Assembly (NCBI GenBank): GCA_050950765.1
Contig: JBMNIF010000003.1
Location: forward strand, 128,001 to 192,000
Length of the DNA: 64,000 nucleotides
Reading direction: 5' to 3'
From: Bdellovibrionota bacterium
Lineage (GTDB): Bacteria; Bdellovibrionota_C; UBA2361; JAAYZI01
In this document: one piece after another, positions 28,643 to 37,320 of the stretch
How positions within the stretch are numbered: the first letter of the stretch is position 1
Layout of the letters: each line of letters begins with the position of its first letter
Translations under genes and position numbers: made by a program
The notes under the pieces: model-generated
The model's database searches: none
What the model saw: only the letters and a program-made list of their open reading frames with translations
Told to the model about the DNA's origin: nothing

Positions 28643-30358
28643 TTAAGAGCCTTTCGTTAATATACCGGAGGAACAAACAAGATCTCCTTTTTTATAAAGA
28701 AAAGAGAACTTGTTTTCTGCACTTTTGACCACCTCTAAAGTAACCTGATCTGTTGAAAAGATTATTGCTGCAAACTTTAATTTTAAAATATCAAAATCAG
28801 TAGCAAGCACCCCCCAGAACTGCTTTAATACTAGGTGCACAAAACTTACCTGCACTACACCAGGTAATATTGCAACTTCAGGAAAGTGCCCTTGAAAGTA
28901 GACCGCATCACGCACGAAACTCAACTTAGCTGTAAATGAAGTATCATTCCAAACCACATCTTCTAAGAGGGGCTCCATCACATTATTAGCAAAGAGAGGA
29001 GCTATCGCTTCCCGTAAGATCTTTCCTTGTGAATTAACGGGGATCTCATAGACATAACGAAATTTTTTAGGAAGTGTCACATCATCAAAGGTGTGCGAAA
29101 CTGCACGATTTAAAAGTAAATTTAACTCTCTTTTAGAATTTACCTTTAAAAACTCTCTACCTTCTTGAGTAAGTGTAATAACAGCACTCAAATGGGTATC
29201 ATTATCAAGCAAAACTAAATAGCACCTCTGTACATACGGATGCTTCTGAAAGGCTTCTTCCATGTCAGGGAGAGAAACTAATTTTTCAAAGATCTTAACC
29301 ACACGATCTGTTCTACCTTTTAATATAAACGTTCGACTTTCATCGTGAAGTTCAACAGCATCTTGCATCTGAAAAGGGCTCTTGCAAGAAAACTCAGACG
29401 AAACAGCTAGACGTTTTTCACCATCAACTGTCACAGAAACAGCTGGAAAAATATGCCAAAGCTGCCCATTTTTCTGCTGTCTAGATGCAACACCTCCAGT
29501 TTCAGTACTACCGAATATTTCAAAAGGAGAGACCCCAAAGAGATCGTACGTTGCTTGAGAAGTATCCTCTTTTAAGAGGCTACCTGAAGTAAAAATCGCC
29601 AGATAGTTATCAGAAAAAGAACATTGCTCTTTATACTTAATAAGCTTATCCAAAAAGGTAGGTGTAGTAACAAAAAGGAGTTTTTTATACAATGACTGCT
29701 TTTTTTGTAACGCTTCAGGTGTTTCAATTAAATCTAAATCAACCGTTAAAGCAGCAGATATCGGAAATAATAATTTCCAGAGCATCCCATAAACATGGTA
29801 ATTAACAACAGAACCTATCACCGTAGGAGAACTACTCAGATGATCCTTCTGCGTTTCAAGGATATTTTCCACCTCCATAGCTAAATTTCTGTAAGTCTTT
29901 TTTATCTGCTTAGGCGTACCGCTACTGCCTGAACTAAAAAATGAGATCTCTTCCGCACTCATTTCAGAAAAAGTAAAGTCTGTTTGCGGCAATTTTAGAG
30001 GTACCTTTATAACTTTTTTACTATCAAGAGACTCCGGCACGTCATGATTAGTTACCAAGAGTGTGGAGTTATTTAATAAGGGGGCTAAAAAAGCAGGCTT
30101 TATGAAAGGAGGTAATAATAATCGTTTATGAGCTTGCAACAAGGCAAAAAAGCAGGTCGCAAAAAGCAACTCATCATCAAGGATAAATAGAAGCACCTCT
30201 TTTTCAGGAAGCTTAGAAAAATAAGCTGCGTACTTAGCAACATTATCTTCAAAAGCCCCTCTCGTAATAGCTTTACCATTATTGATAAAGAGGGTTTCAG
30301 TAAGATCTCTATCTCGAGCAGTAAAAATAATTGAAGCATGAACTGACATTAAAAGCAC
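28643..30358 (-). CDS. apeH: AMP-dependent acyl-ACP synthetase fused to a C-terminal hotdog dehydratase (ApeH+ApeI-like)
   Basis: SSGSSGTPK, EIFGSTETGG, GRTDRVVK, NSQGK, then YFQGHFPEVAILPGVVQ. Confidence 0.85.
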   Translation of the reverse strand: MLLMSVHASIIFTARDRDLTETLFINNGKAITRGAFEDNVAKYAAYFSKLPEKEVLLFILDDELLFATCFFALLQAHKRLLLPPFIKPAFLAPLLNNSTLLVTNHDVPESLDSKKVIKVPLKLPQTDFTFSEMSAEEISFFSSGSSGTPKQIKKTYRNLAMEVENILETQKDHLSSSPTVIGSVVNYHVYGMLWKLLFPISAALTVDLDLIETPEALQKKQSLYKKLLFVTTPTFLDKLIKYKEQCSFSDNYLAIFTSGSLLKEDTSQATYDLFGVSPFEIFGSTETGGVASRQQKNGQLWHIFPAVSVTVDGEKRLAVSSEFSCKSPFQMQDAVELHDESRTFILKGRTDRVVKIFEKLVSLPDMEEAFQKHPYVQRCYLVLLDNDTHLSAVITLTQEGREFLKVNSKRELNLLLNRAVSHTFDDVTLPKKFRYVYEIPVNSQGKILREAIAPLFANNVMEPLLEDVVWNDTSFTAKLSFVRDAVYFQGHFPEVAILPGVVQVSFVHLVLKQFWGVLATDFDILKLKFAAIIFSTDQVTLEVVKSAENKFSFLYKKGDLVCSSGILTKGS

Positions 30359-30888
30359 CTTCTACGTATAAAATATTCAGAAGCAAACATTAGCCCTATC
30401 AAAATATATGATACAAACCCATTATAAAGAACCCAAACTTCATCGGAAGCAAAGAGTGTCAGAAAGGAAAGTGTAAGATTAAATAATAAAAAGAGAGACC
30501 AAGCTATCGTTACCTTTCTAGTATATATCTTTTTCTCTTCACTAAGATTAGGTTCTATTTTTTCTGCAAAAAGTTGTGCTAGTGGTTTGCCCTTTAATGA
30601 CGAGGTAAACAATATAAAAAAAACACTATTTATCAGCACAGGGTATAATTTAGCAAAAACGGCATCTTTAAAAAGTAAAGTAAGCACTATCAATGCAATG
30701 CCGCCAAGGGTAGGTAATAATTGTCTTTTACAAAAAAAAGAAACCGCTACAATTAAAGACAACAATAAGGCCATCGTTACAGGCGCTGCTCCATTTTTTA
30801 AGGCGCAGAAGATCAAGACAGGATAGATCAAAACGAAACAGACATAACTCACTCTTTTGGAGCCTATAACTAACTTTTTTATGTGCAT
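30349..30888 (-). CDS. apeG: COG4648-type membrane protein (ApeG-like)
   Basis: KLYPVLIN, YTRKVTIAW, WVLYNGFVSY, EYFIRR. Confidence 0.82.
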   Translation of the reverse strand: MHIKKLVIGSKRVSYVCFVLIYPVLIFCALKNGAAPVTMALLLSLIVAVSFFCKRQLLPTLGGIALIVLTLLFKDAVFAKLYPVLINSVFFILFTSSLKGKPLAQLFAEKIEPNLSEEKKIYTRKVTIAWSLFLLFNLTLSFLTLFASDEVWVLYNGFVSYILIGLMFASEYFIRRRCF

Positions 30889-30967
30889 ATTTAGTCATTA
30901 GCTAAAAGTATTAAGCCTTACCCCTTAATTTTTAGAACCTTTAAGCTCGAAAATTAAATTGGGGAGT

Positions 30968-31045
30968 TCTTATTCATTAATTATCTTCTCCACTACTGAT
31001 ATTCGAGAGATCTTATTCATTAACTATCTTCTCCACTACGGAGAT
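30968..31045 (-). repeat. Direct duplication of the last ~11 codons and stop of the ACP gene, 43-bp offset
   Basis: TCTTATTCATTAA.TATCTTCTCCACTAC at 30968 and 31011. Confidence 0.85.
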
Positions 31046-31267
31046 CAGATCTCCGAGAGTTCTAATCTGCTTAAACTCTTCAGGATTAACTTTACGTCCC
31101 ATAAACTTTTGCAAGCGAACTATTAAATCAACCGCATCAATACTATCCAAATCCAGATCTTCGAACAATTTACTATCTTCGTTAAGGCTCTCCCTCTCAC
31201 AATCAAAATCGCTAACCAAAATATCAATTATCCGTTGAGATATTTCAGATCTCGACAAACGTGACAT
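31013..31267 (-). CDS. apeF: Acyl carrier protein (ApeF-like)
   Basis: DLDLDSIDAVDL, EEFKQIRT. Confidence 0.9.
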   Translation of the reverse strand: MSRLSRSEISQRIIDILVSDFDCERESLNEDSKLFEDLDLDSIDAVDLIVRLQKFMGRKVNPEEFKQIRTLGDLISVVEKIVNE

Positions 31268-31273
31268 ACCTCC

Positions 31274-31552
31274 CTACTCCTCAACTGAAATATCGCTATT
31301 AGTAATTATGAAATCAAGTAAAGACTCAACTGAATAGAAATACTTCCTATTCTCTTTCTGTTCAGAGCCAAAGTTAACCTTGTATTTTTTTTTCAGTGCC
31401 AAACCCGACTCCAGAGCATCGATTGAATCCAAGCCCAGCCCTTCTCCGAAAAGAGGTGCAGCCGTCTCAATATCAGAGACAGTAACATCTTCTAAATCAA
31501 GCGCCTCAATAATCAGAGCTTTTATCTCGTTTGCAAGTTCTTCTCTTTTCAC
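31274..31552 (-). CDS. apeE: Acyl carrier protein (ApeE-like)
   Basis: PLFGEGLGLDSIDALE. Confidence 0.9.
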   Translation of the reverse strand: MKREELANEIKALIIEALDLEDVTVSDIETAAPLFGEGLGLDSIDALESGLALKKKYKVNFGSEQKENRKYFYSVESLLDFIITNSDISVEE

Positions 31553-31611
31553 AGCTTTACATTAAAAAAAATCAATAATTGTAGCTTTATATAACTTTAT
31601 CTAAAAAAAGT

Positions 31612-32352
31612 CTACAAAGCTTCAATAACACCTTTGACATGATTTGCAAATGATTTTGCATTGTTATGCGCCGATTGAGTCTCGTCTTTAAAATCAGCAG
31701 CATAACACAAAGAGCCAACCTTAAAAGAAAACTTCGAACGCTCTCTATTTGCGACATACCATTTTTTAGTCCTTCCTAAAGTAGGGGGGTGGCAACGTAT
31801 CCGTATCGGTAAAACAGGATATCCAGATAAGAGTGCAAGGTGTGCAAAACCTCGCTTGAACGGCACCTCACCGAATTCACTTCTTGTTCCTTCTGGGAAG
31901 ATAACTAGATTAAACCCCTCCCCCAACGCCGTAGTAGCCTCATTAAAGAGAAGAGTTGAATCATCCTGAACTACAAAATAAACATACTTAACGATCCTTT
32001 TTACGAAGAAATTTTCAGCCAAAGCGCCTTTTACGAAACTGAGAGTTCTCGGCACCATCCCGATGAGAATCACTACATCAATTAAGGTAAGATGATTTGC
32101 AACAATGATTGTACTTCTGCACCCTTTTAAAGGTAGAAGGTGTGTTGTGTCGACCTTGATTAGACGCAGCACACTCATTAAAGACACAAAAAGCTTCCAC
32201 GCATAATGAATAACAGTAGCGATAACTAAACGACGTTTATCCTTCTTAACTAAAATAGTAATTAACGGGATTACTATAAATCCGATCAGCAAGCTTCCCA
32301 TTCCAAAAACAAAGAAGCAGAAAACCGTTAAAATTGAACGCAAAAAAACCAT
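31612..32352 (-). CDS. apeD: PlsC-family acyltransferase (ApeD-like)
   Basis: VANHLTLID, IFPEGTRS, FKRGFA. Confidence 0.87.
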   Translation of the reverse strand: MVFLRSILTVFCFFVFGMGSLLIGFIVIPLITILVKKDKRRLVIATVIHYAWKLFVSLMSVLRLIKVDTTHLLPLKGCRSTIIVANHLTLIDVVILIGMVPRTLSFVKGALAENFFVKRIVKYVYFVVQDDSTLLFNEATTALGEGFNLVIFPEGTRSEFGEVPFKRGFAHLALLSGYPVLPIRIRCHPPTLGRTKKWYVANRERSKFSFKVGSLCYAADFKDETQSAHNNAKSFANHVKGVIEAL

Positions 32353-33005
32353 TAGGGAACCCTCACTAGGGAGAAGTTATCGGCATGGATATGATCTTTT
32401 TCCCCCTTTAAAAAGGTGTGCATCTCATCAAAAGAGAAATCACTCTCTGCCTCACTATTGTTGCGATATGTAACTTTAACTTTAAAATCAGATTCTTTTT
32501 CAGAGAGAAAGAGAGAGAGTCCGTGCGCCGCAACGCTCGGAACATATCCATTATAAAAATCGGGGGTCTCTTCCTCAGCGTACACGAAAAGAGTTGATCT
32601 TCGAAAAAGGGTCGCTTCTAAGAAACCCATCTGTAAAGTCTTAATCCCTGCCGAAATCGTTGTATACTCGGCTTTATTATTAAAAAGGAGTGAGAAAAAT
32701 CCTGCCGCTGCGTTATGAACAGAAGAGCTAAAAACTGCTGGAGAAAGCTCCTTTTCTACAAAAAACTGCTTAAATAGCTTTAGTGCCAACCCCCATTCAC
32801 CAAATTGCGAGGCGAAGACAGAGGGAAAGTCATAACTTTCCAAATTGTAGGGAATTGCTTTTTTAGCTAAAAACAGTGATTCTTTTTGTAGAAAGGACAT
32901 CCGCCTGCGTAACATCGGCGGGATAAAAGAAACATCCTCGGAAGAAAACGTTGACTCCGGTGTTATGATACTAGGATTATGAATATAAAAGATAAAATTT
33001 TTCAT
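32352..33005 (-). CDS. apeC: Ketosynthase chain-length factor (ApeC-like)
   Basis: IPPMLRRRMS, VFASQFGE, LSPAVFSSSVHNAAAG. Confidence 0.85.
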   Translation of the reverse strand: MKNFIFYIHNPSIITPESTFSSEDVSFIPPMLRRRMSFLQKESLFLAKKAIPYNLESYDFPSVFASQFGEWGLALKLFKQFFVEKELSPAVFSSSVHNAAAGFFSLLFNNKAEYTTISAGIKTLQMGFLEATLFRRSTLFVYAEEETPDFYNGYVPSVAAHGLSLFLSEKESDFKVKVTYRNNSEAESDFSFDEMHTFLKGEKDHIHADNFSLVRVP

Positions 33006-33614
33006 TTTCTAATTTTTATATCGGTAATACCACTATTGTTATTTTTAACAACGTGCAGCTCTCGCACTCAAACAATCGACAACACCACAAAGCCCGATCC
33101 AGATCTCATATATCTCACTAACGAAGAGCCTGTTTTAAGCAGTTGTCTACTTCCACACTTATTGGAAAAGTCAGGTCTCTTCATACACTATATCAATGGA
33201 AAATATAAAGATAAAAACTTTTATTTTGAAAGTATTATTAAGATAACAGATGAAACTTTTAAAGTCGTTGCCACTACTTCCATCAATAGACTTTTTTCAT
33301 TATCACTGGGGAGATCAGGAGAAGTCTCAATTGAATCGGAGCTTTCTTCTGTAATAGGTTTTCAACCTGAATATATCGCCACAGATCTGGCCTTAATTTA
33401 TCTTCCTACCGCTACGTTGCGTACATGCTTACCAAGTAACTATTCAATAACAGAAACACCACTTACGGAGAGAGGTTTTCTTAGAACAATTTCACATAAA
33501 GGTGCAACTATCTTCAAGATTACTTATTATACGGCGGATCGATATAACAGTGATGTCGATCTAAAAAATCTTCTTAGAAATTATCAATACAGTATAAAAT
33601 TAGGATCACAGTAG
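32979..33614 (+). CDS. DUF3261-like lipoprotein (ApeN-like)
   Basis: Lipoprotein-type signal ending LTTC, PEYIATDLALIYLP, C-terminal NYQYSI; directly before the ketosynthase. Confidence 0.65.
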   Translation: MNIKDKIFHFLIFISVIPLLLFLTTCSSRTQTIDNTTKPDPDLIYLTNEEPVLSSCLLPHLLEKSGLFIHYINGKYKDKNFYFESIIKITDETFKVVATTSINRLFSLSLGRSGEVSIESELSSVIGFQPEYIATDLALIYLPTATLRTCLPSNYSITETPLTERGFLRTISHKGATIFKITYYTADRYNSDVDLKNLLRNYQYSIKLGSQ

Positions 33615-34785
33615 ATGATAACACTTTCAGATCTAGGGATAATTTCAGCATTGGGCGAAGGGAAAACTTCCACACTTAAAAACGCCCTTAGTGGTAATAC
33701 TGCAGGGATGCAAAAAGTAAGGGGGATTATCCCGAATCAAGAGATAATCTGTGGCGTTGTTAACTCTACCCTCCCTCAAATTAACCTTCCTCAATACGAT
33801 ATCAGAGCAAATAGACTCCTCCTTGCTGTTGTAGAGCAATTAAAAGAGAGTATTGCAAGATTAAAAAAAGAATATCCACTAGACAGACTCGGCATAGTGC
33901 TCGGTAGTAGTAATACCGGAATTGAAGAGGCTCAAAATAACATCAACCACTGGCTTGCTGAAGGGGTTTGTCCAAAAGACTTTGATATTTCGCACCTAGA
34001 GCTGGGCTCACCGAGTGCTTTTTTACAAGATCTCTGCGGTTTTCGTGGTCCTGCTTATACCGTTTCGACAGCTTGCTCTTCGGCTGCCAAAGCTATTAGC
34101 TCAGGCAAGAAGTTACTGCAATATGAGATATGTGATGGTGTACTTGTAGGCGGTGTTGATGCTTTATGTAGCCTTGCAACAAACGGCTTCTTTGCACTAG
34201 AAGCTCTTAGTACAACACTAACTAATCCGCTCAGCATAAATAGATCTGGGATCAACTTAGGAGAAGGTGCTGCTTTATTTATTATGGAAAGAGATAAAGG
34301 TGGGATCCAACTTTTAGGCGCGGGAGAATCTTCAGATGCTTACCATTTAACAGCGCCCGATCCGGAAGGAGCAGGTGCAAAAAGTGCCATGTTGGCAGCT
34401 TTAGCTGAAGCAGAGATCCCCCCCCAGCGCTATCGATTATATCAATCTACACGGAACAGGAACTACACATAATGACAAAATGGAGACTAAGGCTATTTTT
34501 GAACTCTTTTCTGATTCTGCAATCTGCGCTTCCACAAAACCGTTAACGGGACATCTTTTAGGGGCTGCGGGAGCGCTTGAATTAGCCCTATCTTGGCTAA
34601 TGCTCTCAAACTTTAATAAAGAAAAAGAGTTAATTCCGCACGTTTTTGATAACGCACCAGATCCGGAGCTCTCTCCGATCAGGCTTGCCCAAAAAAACGA
34701 GCACGGCATAATAAACACTATTTTAAGTAATTCTTTTGCCTTCGGCGGCAGTAATGTCACGTTAATAATAGGAAAAGACTTTTAA
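33615..34785 (+). pseudogene. apeO: Beta-ketoacyl-ACP synthase (ApeO-like), frameshifted at a C8 run
   Basis: STACSSAA and INLGEGAA in the first frame. IDYINLHGTGT, STKPLTGHLLGAAG and SNSFAFGGSN are in the +1 frame after C8 at 34418-34425. Confidence 0.85.
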
Positions 34786-34796
34786 CAGAGATAGAT

Positions 34797-35256
34797 ATGG
34801 ATTTAAATTTACTTTTTACCACATAAGCCTCCTATGATCCTTCTTTCCGATGTAATAGCGGAATCACAAACTCCCGCTGGTATTACCACAAAAGTAACTA
34901 TAACCGAACAGGATGTTTTTTATGATGCAACGTTACAAGGCACCGCCAGCTACATTGCTCTTGAATATATGGCTCAAAGTATCGGTGTATTCGCAGGTTT
35001 ATACGATCTTTCTAAAGTCCCACCACGTCAACCTAGCGTCGGTTTTATCTTAGGAACTCGTAAATTTAAAACTTACATCCCTGTTTTTAAAGTAAATGAA
35101 ACGTATTTTATCCGAATTAAGCAGGAATTATTTGATTCTGAAATGGTATCTTTTGATTGTTCAATATATGATTGTGCTGATAAGTTGTGCACAGAAGCAG
35201 TTATCAATGCTTATCGTCCACAAGATTTAAAAGCGTTTATGAAGGATTATCAATGA
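34797..35256 (+). pseudogene. apeP: Hotdog-fold dehydratase (ApeP-like) with an apparent frameshift at a T5 run
   Basis: LEYMAQSIG, GFILGTRK. The conserved LPHKPPMILL start joins the ATG at 34797 only if one T is removed from 34813-34817. The 140-aa ORF from 34834 is open. Confidence 0.7.
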
Positions 35257-35978
35257 ATAAATCCGTTTTAATTACAGGATCGAGTCGAGGAATCGGAAAA
35301 GCTGCCGCCCTACACTTAGCCGCAGCCGGTTATGATATAGTTCTGCACTACCATAAAAATAAAGAAGGTACTGAAGCACTCCGTGCACACTTGAACGATC
35401 TCGGCAGATCGGTCAGAGTTTTATCTTTCGATATTGCGAACAGAACAGAGACAGAGGCTGCCATCTCTAAAGATATGGCAACACACGGTGTTTATTACGG
35501 CGTGGTTTGTAACGCTGGAATATGTGATGATAACGTTTTCCCGCTACTGGAACCTGCGCAGTGGGACCGTGTCTTACGAACCAATCTTGATGGCTTTTAT
35601 AATGTATTACACCCTATTATTATGCCGATGGTAGAGAATCGCATTCGTGGACGTATCGTTACGATCTCTTCCATCTCTGGCATGATCGGCAATCGTGGAC
35701 AGGTTAATTATAGCGCTGCCAAAGCCGGTATTATAGGAGCGACAAAAGCCTTAGCCCTAGAGCTGGCAAAACATAAGATCACTGTTAATTGCATTGCACC
35801 AGGCGTTATTGAAACTGATATGACTAGCGACCTACCTCTCGATGAAATCAAAAAGATAGTTCCTGCTAGACGGATGGGACAGCCGCATGAAGTTGCAAGC
35901 TTAATCACCTATTTATTTTCTGAAGATGCTGCCTATTTAACGCGGCAGGTAATTGCAGTTAATGGAGGGATGTTTTAA
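35253..35978 (+). CDS. apeQ: 3-oxoacyl-ACP reductase (FabG/ApeQ-like)
   Basis: TGSSRGIG, NAG, NRGQVNYSAAKAG, VNCIAPG. Confidence 0.92.
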   Translation: MNKSVLITGSSRGIGKAAALHLAAAGYDIVLHYHKNKEGTEALRAHLNDLGRSVRVLSFDIANRTETEAAISKDMATHGVYYGVVCNAGICDDNVFPLLEPAQWDRVLRTNLDGFYNVLHPIIMPMVENRIRGRIVTISSISGMIGNRGQVNYSAAKAGIIGATKALALELAKHKITVNCIAPGVIETDMTSDLPLDEIKKIVPARRMGQPHEVASLITYLFSEDAAYLTRQVIAVNGGMF

Positions 35979-37204
35979 TGCAACGTGTTGTCGTGACAGG
36001 GATGGGGCTTATCAGTGCACTAGGGCAAGATCTTGATACAGTTTGGGATCGTTTGCATATCTATAAAAACGCAGTTCGCGTACTTCCTGAATTGAAGACA
36101 TTTAAAGGATTAAATTCACATTTAGGTTCTGTTATTGATGATTTTCAAATACCTCAAAGCTTTACTAGAAAAACCATAAGAACGATGGGGAAAGTGGCTT
36201 TATTGGCGACCGCTTCTGCTGATAAGGCAGTCACCCAAGCGGGGCTTTCTGCAGAAGACTTAACAAACGGTAGAACGGGAGTCGCTTACGGCTCTTCTTC
36301 AGGATCTCCAATTAGCTTGGTTGATTTTTATGAAATGTTAAAAACACATGAGGTGAAAACTGTTTCTTCCGGCACTTATATAAAGATGATGCCACAAACT
36401 TGTGCGGTAAATTTATCCCTATATTTTAAAACAACGGGGCGTTTAATACCGACCAATACAGCTTGCACTTCGGGAGCGTTAAGTATCGGCTTAGCCTATG
36501 AGAGCATTAAACACGGTCTGCAAGATGTTATGATAGCAGGCGGAGCTGAGGAGTTTAGTTCTACTCAAGTTGCAGTTTTTGATACCCTTTACGCCACCAG
36601 CACCAAGAACGATGATCCTCAAAAAACCCCCATTCCCTTTGATAAAAATCGCGATGGCTTAGTTATCGGAGAAGGTGCAGGCACACTTATCTTAGAAAGC
36701 CTTGAACACGCTCAAAATCGTGGTGCGAAAATCTATGCGGAGATAGTAGGTTTCGGCACCAATACTGATGGTGCGCACATCACACAACCCTCAACGCAAA
36801 CTATGGCACTCGCCTTAAAAAATGCTGTTTCTGACGCTAATATTTCGACGGCTGAGATCGGGTATGTCAATGCACACGGCACAGCAACACTTCAAGGTGA
36901 TATCGCTGAAACAACTGCCGTAGAAGCCACTTTTCAACGTCCTGTGGCGATTAGTTCTTTAAAAAGTTATATCGGACACACCCTTGGAGCTTGTGGTACT
37001 CTTGAGGCTATTATTACTATCCTAATGTTAAATAATAACTGGTACGCTCCTACTTTAAATCTAAGTGAGATCGATCCCGCCTGCGCTAAGTTGGACTATA
37101 TTAAAGATGAAGGTCGTGCGATCGAGACCTGCTATGTTATGAGCAACAACTTTGCTTTCGGCGGAATCAACACGTCTTTGATTTTTAAGAAGTTTGAACA
37201 ATAA
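35978..37204 (+). CDS. apeR: Beta-ketoacyl-ACP synthase II (ApeR-like)
   Basis: RVVVTGMG, TACTSG, YVNAHGTAT, KSYIGHTLGACG, SNNFAFGGINTSL. Confidence 0.92.
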   Translation: MQRVVVTGMGLISALGQDLDTVWDRLHIYKNAVRVLPELKTFKGLNSHLGSVIDDFQIPQSFTRKTIRTMGKVALLATASADKAVTQAGLSAEDLTNGRTGVAYGSSSGSPISLVDFYEMLKTHEVKTVSSGTYIKMMPQTCAVNLSLYFKTTGRLIPTNTACTSGALSIGLAYESIKHGLQDVMIAGGAEEFSSTQVAVFDTLYATSTKNDDPQKTPIPFDKNRDGLVIGEGAGTLILESLEHAQNRGAKIYAEIVGFGTNTDGAHITQPSTQTMALALKNAVSDANISTAEIGYVNAHGTATLQGDIAETTAVEATFQRPVAISSLKSYIGHTLGACGTLEAIITILMLNNNWYAPTLNLSEIDPACAKLDYIKDEGRAIETCYVMSNNFAFGGINTSLIFKKFEQ

Positions 37205-37250
37205 GGTGTAAAACACCAAGACCAACTCTACACGCCTTATTTAGTTATCG

Positions 37251-37320
37251 ATTGAGCTTTAAGGTAAAAGATGTTCAAGGCTGTTAGTATCAATTGAGCT
37301 TTAGGGTAAAAGGTGTTCGA
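37251..37320 (-). repeat. Direct duplication of the last ~6 codons, stop and flank of the epimerase gene, 42-bp offset
   Basis: ATTGAGCTTTA(A/G)GGTAAAAG(A/G)TGTTC at 37251 and 37293. Confidence 0.8.
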
